A DNA stretch of 64,000 bases from Desulfobacteraceae bacterium (lineage in GTDB: Bacteria > Desulfobacterota > Desulfobacteria > Desulfobacterales > JAABTS01). Position numbers and translations under genes: made by a program. The notes beneath the pieces were generated by a model. It ran no database searches. It saw only the letters and a program-made list of their open reading frames with translations, and was not told the DNA's origin. Shown one piece after another: positions 39,684 through 48,477 of the stretch. Within the stretch, counting starts at the first letter, position 1. Every line of letters begins with the position of its first letter. The stretch covers positions 3,245 to 67,244 of the forward strand of contig JAABTS010000004.1 of assembly GCA_011389735.1 (NCBI GenBank). The letters run 5' to 3'.

Positions 39684-40062
39684 GAGCGATCAATTCCTGT
39701 TCCCGTTCAATAAGCGTTTTGGCCAGTTTTAACGCCTGGTAATAATCCGCGGCGAGGATTCTGCCGCTGATCCGGTCGATCAATCCGAGCAGGCCCGGCG
39801 CAGCCTGAACCACTTCCCGCACCAATTCCCAATACCCTTTATGATGCCTGAGCAAATTGGGTTCGTCCACATACATCATCTGGATCATAAAATAAATCTT
39901 CCGGCAGGGGGAATCCGCCTCATCGGGGCTCATGATATCCCCCTGCCTAAGGATCGTGGTTTTGTTTTCAATGATGAATTCAGCGCTCCGAGGCCCGTTG
40001 GTGATCACGGCGCCTCCCAGAATCAACCGTTCATCAGGCTTTAATTGAAGTTTGAGCGGCAT
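39655..40062 (-). CDS. flbT: Flagellin translational regulator FlbT
   Basis: MPLKLQLKP.ER....GAVITNG, ILR..DIM...A.SP...IYF.IQMMY, YYQALK...LI..E. Confidence 0.9.
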   Translation of the reverse strand: MPLKLQLKPDERLILGGAVITNGPRSAEFIIENKTTILRQGDIMSPDEADSPCRKIYFMIQMMYVDEPNLLRHHKGYWELVREVVQAAPGLLGLIDRISGRILAADYYQALKLAKTLIEREQELIAHAKESDRGV

Positions 40063-40175
40063 CGGTCTGAATCTCGGTGAATGTTTCTTCGCTATACAAT
40101 TCTTCAGGCCTTTCCTGAAACGGTTCGGAAGATATTTCCGTTTGAAATTTCATCGTCACGACGATTTCAGACCGG

Positions 40176-40994
40176 TTATCGAAACAAGGAGAGGACCGAC
40201 TGCGCCGCCTCCGCCGACAAACTCAACGCTGTAAGCCCGAGCTGCTGTCTGGTTTGCAGCATGAGCATGTTGGCGCCTTCTTCGTTTGTATCCGCCAGCG
40301 TCAGATTATCAGCGCCTGTGGTGAGCGTGTTGATCATGTTTGTTGTGAAATCCTGGCGGACACTGATGACACTCAGATTCGTGGATAAAGCCGCTGCTTC
40401 GGTTCTTAAAGTACCAAGGGCTACGTTTAAACCATCTACTGCGGCGTCAATATCCCCATCCGTTGTCCAAGTATTTACTGCAGTGTCAATGTTGAGATCC
40501 TGATGATATCTGGCGTCAAACCCTTCAATTGTAATCGAGCTGTTCCCATTTTCGTCAAAATCAACATCCAATGAGCTATTTCTGAGAAAATTGACGCCTT
40601 TGTAGCCCGAGTCATTTGCAATATAGTTTATTTGTTTCAGCAAAGCATCAAATTGATCCGCCAAAGCCGCTCTGGCGTCTGCGTCCCCGGCGCGTGCGGC
40701 TTGAGCAAGGCCTTTTCCCGCTTCAATAAGCCCGGTAATGGAATCGATGCCATGATTAGCTGCTTCAATGGTTTGCACCGCTTCTCCCATTGCATCTTTC
40801 AGTGCTGAAAGATCAGATGCTCTGGACATTAGGTCTTTTGCGGCAAAAAAATTGACCGGATCATCAGAGACTGAATTCACCCGTTTCCCGGTGCTGAGTC
40901 GTTCCTGGGTCCTATCCAACAATTTCGCGGTGTTCTGAAGACTGATCAGGTTGCTCTTCATTCCCGCGGTCAGGGAAATGTCACTTATAGCCAT
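40176..40994 (-). CDS. Short flagellin (272 aa)
   Basis: LQNT......TQERLSTGKRVNS..DDP; C-terminal GADNLTLAD.NEEGANML.LQTRQQL...ALS....QSVL.LF. Confidence 0.92.
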   Translation of the reverse strand: MAISDISLTAGMKSNLISLQNTAKLLDRTQERLSTGKRVNSVSDDPVNFFAAKDLMSRASDLSALKDAMGEAVQTIEAANHGIDSITGLIEAGKGLAQAARAGDADARAALADQFDALLKQINYIANDSGYKGVNFLRNSSLDVDFDENGNSSITIEGFDARYHQDLNIDTAVNTWTTDGDIDAAVDGLNVALGTLRTEAAALSTNLSVISVRQDFTTNMINTLTTGADNLTLADTNEEGANMLMLQTRQQLGLTALSLSAEAAQSVLSLFR

Positions 40995-41262
40995 GGTTAT
41001 TCTCCTTTTCTAGGGGTTATCGGCAATTCTTGCCTTTTTTATGCTCCATAATTTCAATCATTAAAAATCAATCCGTCGTTTTTATCCCTCCTTTCTTTTT
41101 TTATCTCGCTTTCAATTTCATTATTGGTCGAAACCCGGAAAACCTTTAGAAAAATTTTAAACATTTTGACTACCCGGCAAGGTTTTGGTATCTTTCATAG
41201 ATTGACATTATACGTTCAATTAGCCGAACCATCAACAACAATAAAACGTACAGGAGGGGAAT

Positions 41263-41484
41263 ATGAGCGGGGAAAAGACCGAACACAGCCATGAAGAATT
41301 GCAAAAGCGGATTAAATTGCTTGAAGAACGAGTCAGGGCGCTTGAAGAAATGGGAGGCGCATGCGTGTTCGACGAATGCGAAATTCACGAAGTCAATATT
41401 TACAGGTATCCAGTAGATGATGACATGGACACGGACTGGGATGAAGAGGATGATTTTGAGGGCGGGCGGGATATCCCGTTTTAA
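41263..41484 (+). CDS. Small acidic hypothetical protein
   Basis: RBS GGAGGG; short coiled coil and D/E-rich tail ending DIPF. Confidence 0.55.
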   Translation: MSGEKTEHSHEELQKRIKLLEERVRALEEMGGACVFDECEIHEVNIYRYPVDDDMDTDWDEEDDFEGGRDIPF

Positions 41485-41513
41485 TTCCCTTCCATGACAC
41501 TTCAAATTTTATC

Positions 41514-41542
41514 TTGACTTGCATTCGAACACGTTGTATTAT
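41514..41542 (+). promoter_or_regulatory. Sigma70 promoter of tRNA-Gln
   Basis: TTGACT-N17-TATTAT. Confidence 0.75.
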
Positions 41543-41555
41543 CTCGGCTTGTTTT

Positions 41556-41629
41556 TGAGGGATCGTCTAGCGGCAGGACGACGGGTTCTGGCCCCGTTAA
41601 CCCAGGTTCGAATCCTGGTCCCTCAGCCA
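41556..41629 (+). tRNA. tRNA-Gln (anticodon CTG)
   Basis: Acceptor arm TGAGGGA/TCCCTCA, anticodon arm ACGGG-TTCTGGC-CCCGT, GGTTCGAATCC, encoded CCA. Confidence 0.96.
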
Positions 41630-41639
41630 CAAACAACCC

Positions 41640-41686
41640 AAGGGCTATGAAGAACCAGAACAATCCTTCATAGCCCTTTTTATTTT
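41640..41686 (+). terminator. Intrinsic terminator after the tRNA
   Basis: AAGGGCTATGAAG...CTTCATAGCCCTT followed by a T-run. Confidence 0.75.
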
Positions 41687-41711
41687 CAACCGTTTTTCAT
41701 TTCAACCTGTC

Positions 41712-42407
41712 ATGAACATGCAAAATTCTTTTCAGTCCGGCGTTGTCGCCAATTTACCGGTGTCTCTGAGCGTTGCGGCTTACGGCGGAGTTCTCGGCGT
41801 TCTTGCGGCCCAGAAAGGATTGACCGGTCTCGAACTGCTGGCCATGAACCTGATGGTGTTCGCGGGGTCGGCCCAATTCGTAATCGTGGAGATGTGGACC
41901 CGATCTCTTCCGATCTTCGAAATTACGCTCGCCGTGCTGGCGGTAAATATGCGTTATCTTTTGATCGGCGCATCTTTAAAACCGGTTTTTTCGGGCCAGC
42001 CGCTTCGCAGAAAACTTTACATCATGCATTTTGTGGCCGACGAAAACTGGGCGGTCACGATGGCGGCGCATCGAAAAGGAAAAGCGACCATCTGGTTTTT
42101 GTTCGGCGGCGGATTGTGTTTGATCACGTTCTGGTGCGCCGGGACTCTTTCAGGCCACGGCCTTGGGAGTTTTATTCAGAATCCGGAAACCTATGCCATG
42201 GACTTCGCTTTTATCGCCGTTTTCACGGCTCTGGCGGTAAGCCTGTGGCGAGGCAAGCAGGATCTGCTTCCCTGGATCATCGCCGCGGGCCTCGCCGTGG
42301 CCACTGAAAAACTGATTCCCGGCAAATGGTACATCATCACGGGCGGTGTTGGAGGAGCGTTGATCAGCGCGATTCAACACACGAGGACGGGAGACGAAGC
42401 AAAATGA
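41712..42407 (+). CDS. azlC: AzlC-family branched-chain amino acid exporter
   Basis: VFAGSAQF, VNMRYLL, DENWA, MDFAF.A.F.AL. Confidence 0.9.
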   Translation: MNMQNSFQSGVVANLPVSLSVAAYGGVLGVLAAQKGLTGLELLAMNLMVFAGSAQFVIVEMWTRSLPIFEITLAVLAVNMRYLLIGASLKPVFSGQPLRRKLYIMHFVADENWAVTMAAHRKGKATIWFLFGGGLCLITFWCAGTLSGHGLGSFIQNPETYAMDFAFIAVFTALAVSLWRGKQDLLPWIIAAGLAVATEKLIPGKWYIITGGVGGALISAIQHTRTGDEAK

Positions 42408-42709
42408 CGATTTCAAGCGGTCAGGCGTTGATTTGCATTGCCATGGCGGCTGCGGTGACCTATGCGTTGCGCGCGGGAGGCCTGCTGCTGTCTGAAAAAA
42501 TACCGGACACCGGCCGGTTGAAATCCTTCATGGACGCGCTTCCGGGAACGATTCTACTTTCTCTTGTGGCGCCGGGAATTCTTTCCGCCGGTTTCTGGGG
42601 AATCCTGGCCTCCGTAGCGGTCGTCATTTGCGTCCGGAAAACGGGCAACCTCTTTTTATCCATGATGATCGGAGTTCTGATCGTGGCTGTTCAGCGCAAT
42701 GTTTTATAA
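42404..42709 (+). CDS. azlD: AzlD-family membrane protein
   Basis: MAAAVTYALR.GG, ALPGTIL.SLVAP. ATGA overlap with azlC. Confidence 0.85.
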   Translation: MTISSGQALICIAMAAAVTYALRAGGLLLSEKIPDTGRLKSFMDALPGTILLSLVAPGILSAGFWGILASVAVVICVRKTGNLFLSMMIGVLIVAVQRNVL

Positions 42710-42732
42710 AAACGTTTTGGCATGAAATGAAC

Positions 42733-43058
42733 TATAGCTTTTCAGACAATTAATTTCATCGCGTTGTCGGCCCGTGGATATACGAGTTATGTTGAGTGAG
42801 GTTGGAGGTTTCAGGGTACAGGGTGCAGGGTTTTTCATAATTATGGTTCTATAGCTTTTCAGATAATTAATTTCACTGCGTTGTCGGCCCGGGGTATACG
42901 AATTTTATTATGTTGAATGTTGAATGTTGAATGTTGAATGTTGAATGTTGAATGTTGAATGCGAATCCCCCATTTAGCATTTAACATTCAACATTCAACA
43001 CAAAATGCAACGCTCCCGGGCCTGCCGCCTTGTGAAATTGAATTCCTGAAAAACTATA
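42733..43058 (+). mobile_element. A left half + E fragment + complete long family A (42852-43056)
   Basis: Complete A flanked by TA (42850-51, 43057-58), inserted at GGTTC-TA; (TGTTGAA)7 at 42911-42959. Confidence 0.82.
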
Positions 43059-43107
43059 CTAAGGCGCGCCAAATGGCGTTTAATATTCTTTTTCGAGCAA
43101 GCTTCAG

Positions 43108-44082
43108 TCAGGTATTCCCGTAGGGCTTTCCCAAAGCGGCGGGAGCGTTTCCGGAAATCAGTTTCAGGAAAAATTGAGTCCGGCTCGATACATCGGCGTC
43201 CCCGGTTTTTTTTTGAGCGTAAGAGATAAACAGGAGCGTAAAAATCATCAGGGGAAAGGGCGCTGTCTGGAACACTTGAGACGGAATAGACGGGAACCAG
43301 TTTTGAAAATAAATGCCCATGACTTGCAGGAATGCAAATAAATACGCTCCGCAGGCCGCCTTGACCGGATGCCATCCGCCGAAAATCACCAGCGCCAGAG
43401 CTATCCAGCCGGTTCCTTCGGCTCCCTGAGGCCGGCCCCATCCGGGCTTGGCCGACAGAGAAAACAACGCGCCCGCAAGCCCCACGAGAAGACCTCCGCA
43501 GATAGTGTAAAACAATCTCAATTTTTTTGGATCGATTCCCCGGGCGTACGAGGCCTCGGGATGTTCCCCCACGGATCGAAGTTCCAGGCCGGCCGGGGTT
43601 TTGTATAAAAACCACCATATGACGCCGATCATGATGAGGCTGAAATAAACCGGCAAATTCTGGTTGAACAGGACGGTTCCGAAGAACGGAATTTTTTCGA
43701 GTACGGGGATCGGTAACGGCGGAACCTGGGGACCCTGGAGCCTTGAATAGGGATTGCCCAGAAAATAGGCCAGATCCCGAGCCATCAATGTCAGCACAAA
43801 TCCGACCGCCACCTGGGACCGGTTCAGATATATGCTGAACAGCCCTACAATCAAAGCAATGAGCGCTCCACTGACCGCGCCGCTCAGAAAACCGAGCGCC
43901 AGACTGTTGGTTTCATATGCTGCGACGAAAGCGACCATGGCGCTCAGTAGTATGGAACCGTCAAGCGAAAGGTTGATGACGCCCGATTTTTCGGTCACGG
44001 TTTCTCCCAGAGACGCCAGCACGATTGGAGCGGCTCCGGCGACGACACTCGAAAACAAAAGCGTGATTTCAGATTCGTTCAT
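43108..44082 (-). CDS. ABC transporter permease (nucleoside/simple-sugar type)
   Basis: LGE..TEKSGVINL..DG, LRSVGEHP, G.GWIALALVIFG.W.P. Confidence 0.9.
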   Translation of the reverse strand: MNESEITLLFSSVVAGAAPIVLASLGETVTEKSGVINLSLDGSILLSAMVAFVAAYETNSLALGFLSGAVSGALIALIVGLFSIYLNRSQVAVGFVLTLMARDLAYFLGNPYSRLQGPQVPPLPIPVLEKIPFFGTVLFNQNLPVYFSLIMIGVIWWFLYKTPAGLELRSVGEHPEASYARGIDPKKLRLFYTICGGLLVGLAGALFSLSAKPGWGRPQGAEGTGWIALALVIFGGWHPVKAACGAYLFAFLQVMGIYFQNWFPSIPSQVFQTAPFPLMIFTLLFISYAQKKTGDADVSSRTQFFLKLISGNAPAALGKPYGNT

Positions 44083-45142
44083 TGGAATTCGCCCGTTTTT
44101 GAAACGATTTATGTTTTTCCCGCAAGGCCTGAACCGCCAGAGCCGTCAGCACCAGGGCGCCCTGGATCACGCCGCTCAGCGACGAATCCATTTGGAGCAT
44201 CATGGGAAGCTGGATACTCCCCACGTTCAAACCGGCGAACAACAGCGCAACGCCCACGGACGCCCAAATGTTGTAGTTCGCCAGCATGACGACCAGCAGC
44301 GCCAGATATCCGTAACTTCCTGAAATAGCGGGTATTAATCGATGATACACGCCGCTGACCTGAATCGTTCCCGCAACGCCCGCAAATCCGCCTGCGAACA
44401 GCATGGCCAGAAGCATGTTCTTATCCGGGTTGAGACCGAACAACCGTGATGCGAATGGGTTGGCGCCCACGGCTTTTAAATGGAGTCCTATTTTGGTGTA
44501 GCGCAAAATCAGTGCGGTCAAAACAACGGCGGCGACGGTCAATGAAAATCCCACGGGCGAAATCCGGAAACCTTTTAAGGAACTTAGCCATAACTCTATG
44601 GGAAACAATTCCGTGCCGCTCATGGACGCAATCCCGGGGCGTTTCCAGGGGCCGAAGATCAGCCATAAAATGAAACCCTGGGCGACAAAATTGAGTCCAA
44701 GGCCGGCGAATATTTCGTTCACGCCGCCTCTGGTTTTTAAAAAACCGGCCAGCAGCGCCCACAACCCTCCGCCCACAATTCCAGCCGGAAAAGCCGCGAT
44801 TAAATACATCGTGGGATAGTCCGACGTCATTCCCCATCGCAGCGCCATAGTAGAAAAAACGGCGCCCATCATCATCTGGCCTTCGACGCCGATATTCCAG
44901 AGCCCGATTCTAAAAGTGAACAGCAATCCACAGGCGCATAGCGTCAGCGGTATCCAGGCGTTCAGTGTTTGAGCGATTTTGGTTCCCGATCCGACGGCTC
45001 CTCTGGTAATATAATAGAAGACCTCCAAAGGCGGAGCGCCGGCCGCGATAAGCACCAATGTGGTCAAGAGCGCCACGGTCGCGCCGGTCAGCACAATTCC
45101 GCCAAAAGCCGGGATGAAACGGGATATAACAGTGGATTTCAT
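44069..45142 (-). CDS. ABC transporter permease (nucleoside/simple-sugar type)
   Basis: GLWNIG.EGQ, GVNEI, AVGANP.A, GY. Confidence 0.9.
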   Translation of the reverse strand: MKSTVISRFIPAFGGIVLTGATVALLTTLVLIAAGAPPLEVFYYITRGAVGSGTKIAQTLNAWIPLTLCACGLLFTFRIGLWNIGVEGQMMMGAVFSTMALRWGMTSDYPTMYLIAAFPAGIVGGGLWALLAGFLKTRGGVNEIFAGLGLNFVAQGFILWLIFGPWKRPGIASMSGTELFPIELWLSSLKGFRISPVGFSLTVAAVVLTALILRYTKIGLHLKAVGANPFASRLFGLNPDKNMLLAMLFAGGFAGVAGTIQVSGVYHRLIPAISGSYGYLALLVVMLANYNIWASVGVALLFAGLNVGSIQLPMMLQMDSSLSGVIQGALVLTALAVQALREKHKSFQKRANSNERI

Positions 45143-45588
45143 GTCACAGCGGGGGCGGACAGTTTAAAACGGATTCGCAAAACGGAATCTTCATGGCTAA
45201 CGGAGGTAATCCGAAAAGCGCCTATCCGGCCGGTCGATGTCACATGCGGCCCGATACACGGGCATGCGTCGTAATCTCCGATTCGAACGATCCGAATCGC
45301 CTCGCTCCCGTCGCCGGGCAATCGCCCGAGATCGAAATGCTGTACCGCCTTGTCTTTGTCGATCCATACTTCCTTTACCGGAAGGTCGGCGTCAATCGCC
45401 TGGTTGATCCGATTTTCAATTCGTTCGATTTCAGCCTGAGTTAAATTCCGGTCAAAACGATAATCGCATTTTGATTTTTTCTTCTCGATATGCGCGCTGA
45501 AACATCTTCCGGTCTCGAACAGGTTCACCATGGTGCGGTTTAAAAGATGCTCCGCGGAATGCATTCGGGGATCCATTTGTTTTTTCAT
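45139..45588 (-). CDS. AlaX-S-like free-standing tRNA editing protein
   Basis: MHSAEHLL (HxxxH) and CIGPH (CxxxH); RIV.IGDYD. Confidence 0.8.
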   Translation of the reverse strand: MKKQMDPRMHSAEHLLNRTMVNLFETGRCFSAHIEKKKSKCDYRFDRNLTQAEIERIENRINQAIDADLPVKEVWIDKDKAVQHFDLGRLPGDGSEAIRIVRIGDYDACPCIGPHVTSTGRIGAFRITSVSHEDSVLRIRFKLSAPAVT

Positions 45589-45681
45589 CGAAAATCCAAT
45601 ATTCTTGTTTTTTTTGAACGCTGACGAATTTAATTGCAATGATGAAAATCAAACAGGCCGAAAAAAAGCAAGAAAAAAATC

Positions 45682-45810
45682 GGCGTCTTTCATAAATGCT
45701 GATAAATAGTTTACACTTCCCAAATCGGAATCGGTATCGAATTATTACGATCCCGATCCCGATCCCGATCCCGATTTTGATGAAACTGTAAACAAGAAAT
45801 GAAGGACGCC
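45682..45810 (+). mobile_element. Family C MITE (129 bp)
   Basis: TIRs GGCGTCTTTCAT / ATGAAGGACGCC. Exact 8-bp duplication AAAAAATC (45674-81, 45811-18). Confidence 0.88.
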
Positions 45811-45869
45811 AAAAAATCTATATTTAAATTTTTATCCGTGATGTTTGTCTTTAAGGTCGGCCTGTGATA

Positions 45870-45905
45870 TATAGCCTTCCGGAAATCAAATTTCACAAGG
45901 CGGCA
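45870..45905. mobile_element. Isolated family A terminus
   Basis: TATAGCCTTCCGGAAATCAAATTTCACAAGGCGGC. Confidence 0.65.
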
Positions 45906-45963
45906 AAAAACCGGCCCAAACACCGGCTATGCAAAACTCTATGACGATTCAACAAATATAACC

Positions 45964-48198
45964 ATGCTCGATCCGAAATTAACCAAACTATTGAAAAAAG
46001 CCGCGGGAGCGAAAACTGCGAACAAACCGGGGGCTGACTTTTACCGGAAGGTTTTCGACGCTGTGGAAAAATGTGAGGACTGCCTGATTCCGGTCCGGCC
46101 TGCGCCCGAACGGATTGCGTTAGGGCCGAACCTGATCCGTGAATCGTCGGCGCAAGAAAAACGGATACTGTATGCGGCTCCGGAAAAATCCCTGACCATG
46201 TACCGCCTTTTTACGCTAAAATCGATTTTGGAAATCAGCGCTACGACGATCATTACCCAATCGAGGCGGGAGGTTCATTCCGATTCGCGGCTGACCGTTC
46301 GTTCCTTCGAAGCCCTGGCCGCCGATCTTCCGGATTGTTCCGATTTCGCGGACGTGTTTGTTTTCGATGATATGGAGTATATAGAGGACCGGATCCGCGG
46401 CTCGCACATCGAAGAATGTATCGCCTGCGCCCCCAAAAACGTCTCGCTGATTATGATCATCAATCCGTATTCCAATATTGAAGCCCTGCAATCGGCTCTG
46501 GATCTAATTCGGGAAAAACCTGTGGCGGTTCTAGATCCGGAGTTTGAAAAGTCCAGGATCATCCCCGCTTTTCTATCTTCCGAATGGAACCTGCTTCCTC
46601 TGGCGGACAATCGCAGGATCGCCAATAAAACCAAACGTATTGCAAAGGATACGGAACCGTTCCGGTCTCCGAGATCCGGAAAAACAATCAACACTCTGGC
46701 CTCGAAATTGAGAGACCATGAATTGACGCCGGCCTTGATTCTTTTGAAAATTCCCGGTCATTGCGAATCCGCGGTTGACGAATGCCGGAAAACGGTGGAT
46801 CAGGCCGGCAAGGCCCTGACCGAACCGAGGGTTGCCGCACTGCTGGATCTGAACCCCGAATTGAAGGATCATTCCTATTTACCGCTTTCTCTCGCCAAAC
46901 AGGCGGCGCCCTGCCATGAGGGGCAACATCCTTACTGGCGGGAGCTGGTTGAAATTTTTGTGGCGTACGGCGCCGTCGATATCGTTTTCGCCTCTCCGGA
47001 AAGCGCGGCGGATCTGTCCATCCGTTTCAAATCAGCGGTGTTCTTTGAAATCGGCCAACCCCAGGCGGACTGCGAAAACTGGATAACGCCGCTTCAAACG
47101 GACCGGATCGCCCGGCTGATGAGCGGAACCAAAACGGATCGCACGGCTCTGATGATCGTGCCCCATACCGCGAATATCGACCTGGCGTACTATAAAGATC
47201 TGATAATTGCGCCTTATCGCCAACTGGAACCGTCGTTCGCATGTTCCGGCGCCTCCGTGCTACGGCTTCTGTCCGGCGGAGAATCGGCGGAGAAAACGCC
47301 GGTAAATTCGCTTTCATGGGCCATTCGTCCACAATGGGGCCGTTTTTGCCTGCAATCCTTGCAAAACGGACTTCGGGAAGAACTGGAAAAAGCCCGGTGC
47401 CATGTCCATATCCTCACGGTGAGATCCCTGATCGATCTTCACCTGAAATTGACAAAGGACATCAACCGGCTTGAATATGAGCTGTCGGAAAAGAGATCGA
47501 GCGGCGGCCGTAAAAGCATTCGCCGATCCCTGGAAGACGCCGAACACGCCATGTCTATGCTTCCGTGTGGATCGTGCCCGCATCACGATGTCTGCCATAA
47601 GCGGGGATCGAAAAAGTTCAGAGGGTTGTTGCAGGCCTTTGACGAATCCGCCGACCGTTTGAAAATGTCCGGAGCCGGCCTGGAACTCGAATTCTCACTG
47701 GCGTTGGAATGGCTTCAAGAATTCGGCATGATCGACCACAATCGTCAACCGACGACGTTCGGACGGCTGGGCGCGAAAACCGGAATTCCGTTTCCCCAGT
47801 TTTTATGCCGGGCCCTCAAGGCCGGTAAAATACCCCTTGACGATAAACTCCGAAAAACCGCCGTGCTAAGCGGGTTTCTCGATCCTGTCGCCGCCGGAAA
47901 TCCGGATCTTCGGGACAATATCGGAGAATCCCTTGATCGAGCCGAAAAAGATTACGAAGCGTTGACGCCGGTTATCGATTCAACCCGGGAGCGGTTGTTA
48001 CGATTCGGCATGGCAAAACCAGGGTATTATCTTCAAAATGTCGTTTTCATGCTTGAATATCAGCAGACCGGCGATATCGACGCCGTAGCCGGCAGGCTGG
48101 ATATTTCTATCGGCGGGGCGATTCGGTTTTTGAACATTGCGAAAATTCTGGCCGAAGTCGTAGATTCTTTTGAAACGGTTACTGTTTCTCTTTATTGA
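45964..48198 (+). CDS. Degenerate Ski2/HelY-like SF2 helicase homologue
   Basis: Eroded motifs: YAAPEKSL (Ia), VFDDMEYIED..RG...EE (II), CHEGQHP.WRELVE, IVFASPE (V region). No GxGKT. Confidence 0.65.
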   Translation: MLDPKLTKLLKKAAGAKTANKPGADFYRKVFDAVEKCEDCLIPVRPAPERIALGPNLIRESSAQEKRILYAAPEKSLTMYRLFTLKSILEISATTIITQSRREVHSDSRLTVRSFEALAADLPDCSDFADVFVFDDMEYIEDRIRGSHIEECIACAPKNVSLIMIINPYSNIEALQSALDLIREKPVAVLDPEFEKSRIIPAFLSSEWNLLPLADNRRIANKTKRIAKDTEPFRSPRSGKTINTLASKLRDHELTPALILLKIPGHCESAVDECRKTVDQAGKALTEPRVAALLDLNPELKDHSYLPLSLAKQAAPCHEGQHPYWRELVEIFVAYGAVDIVFASPESAADLSIRFKSAVFFEIGQPQADCENWITPLQTDRIARLMSGTKTDRTALMIVPHTANIDLAYYKDLIIAPYRQLEPSFACSGASVLRLLSGGESAEKTPVNSLSWAIRPQWGRFCLQSLQNGLREELEKARCHVHILTVRSLIDLHLKLTKDINRLEYELSEKRSSGGRKSIRRSLEDAEHAMSMLPCGSCPHHDVCHKRGSKKFRGLLQAFDESADRLKMSGAGLELEFSLALEWLQEFGMIDHNRQPTTFGRLGAKTGIPFPQFLCRALKAGKIPLDDKLRKTAVLSGFLDPVAAGNPDLRDNIGESLDRAEKDYEALTPVIDSTRERLLRFGMAKPGYYLQNVVFMLEYQQTGDIDAVAGRLDISIGGAIRFLNIAKILAEVVDSFETVTVSLY

Positions 48199-48252
48199 TG
48201 TCGCCGTGCTTGAACGCAACGGCGGACGTTTGACAGTCCCGCTCCATTTTGA

Positions 48253-48393
48253 TAAAGGTTTTAATTTCACAAGGCGGCGGGCCTGGGATGCGCCCTGATT
48301 TTTTTTCGGGAGGAAAGCAGCGATTTAAAAATTCGCTGTACATTTATACCCCGGACCGGCGACATAATGAAATTTCATTTCTGAAAACCTGTA
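48253..48393 (-). mobile_element. Family A MITE with a unique internal segment
   Basis: TTAATTTCACAAGGCGGCGGGCC...TGAAATTTCATTTCTGAAAACC. Confidence 0.65.
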
Positions 48394-48477
48394 GAAAACT
48401 GTCGATCGAGAGGAAATATCGCAAACAAACAGACAGTTCATAAGCGATACGGCCGTGAGTCAAATCCGGCCGTCGCA

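Noticed and set aside
41556-42709. Genomic island integrated at tRNA-Gln
   Set aside because: No integrase and no duplicated tRNA 3' end seen; an ordinary terminator and azlCD follow.
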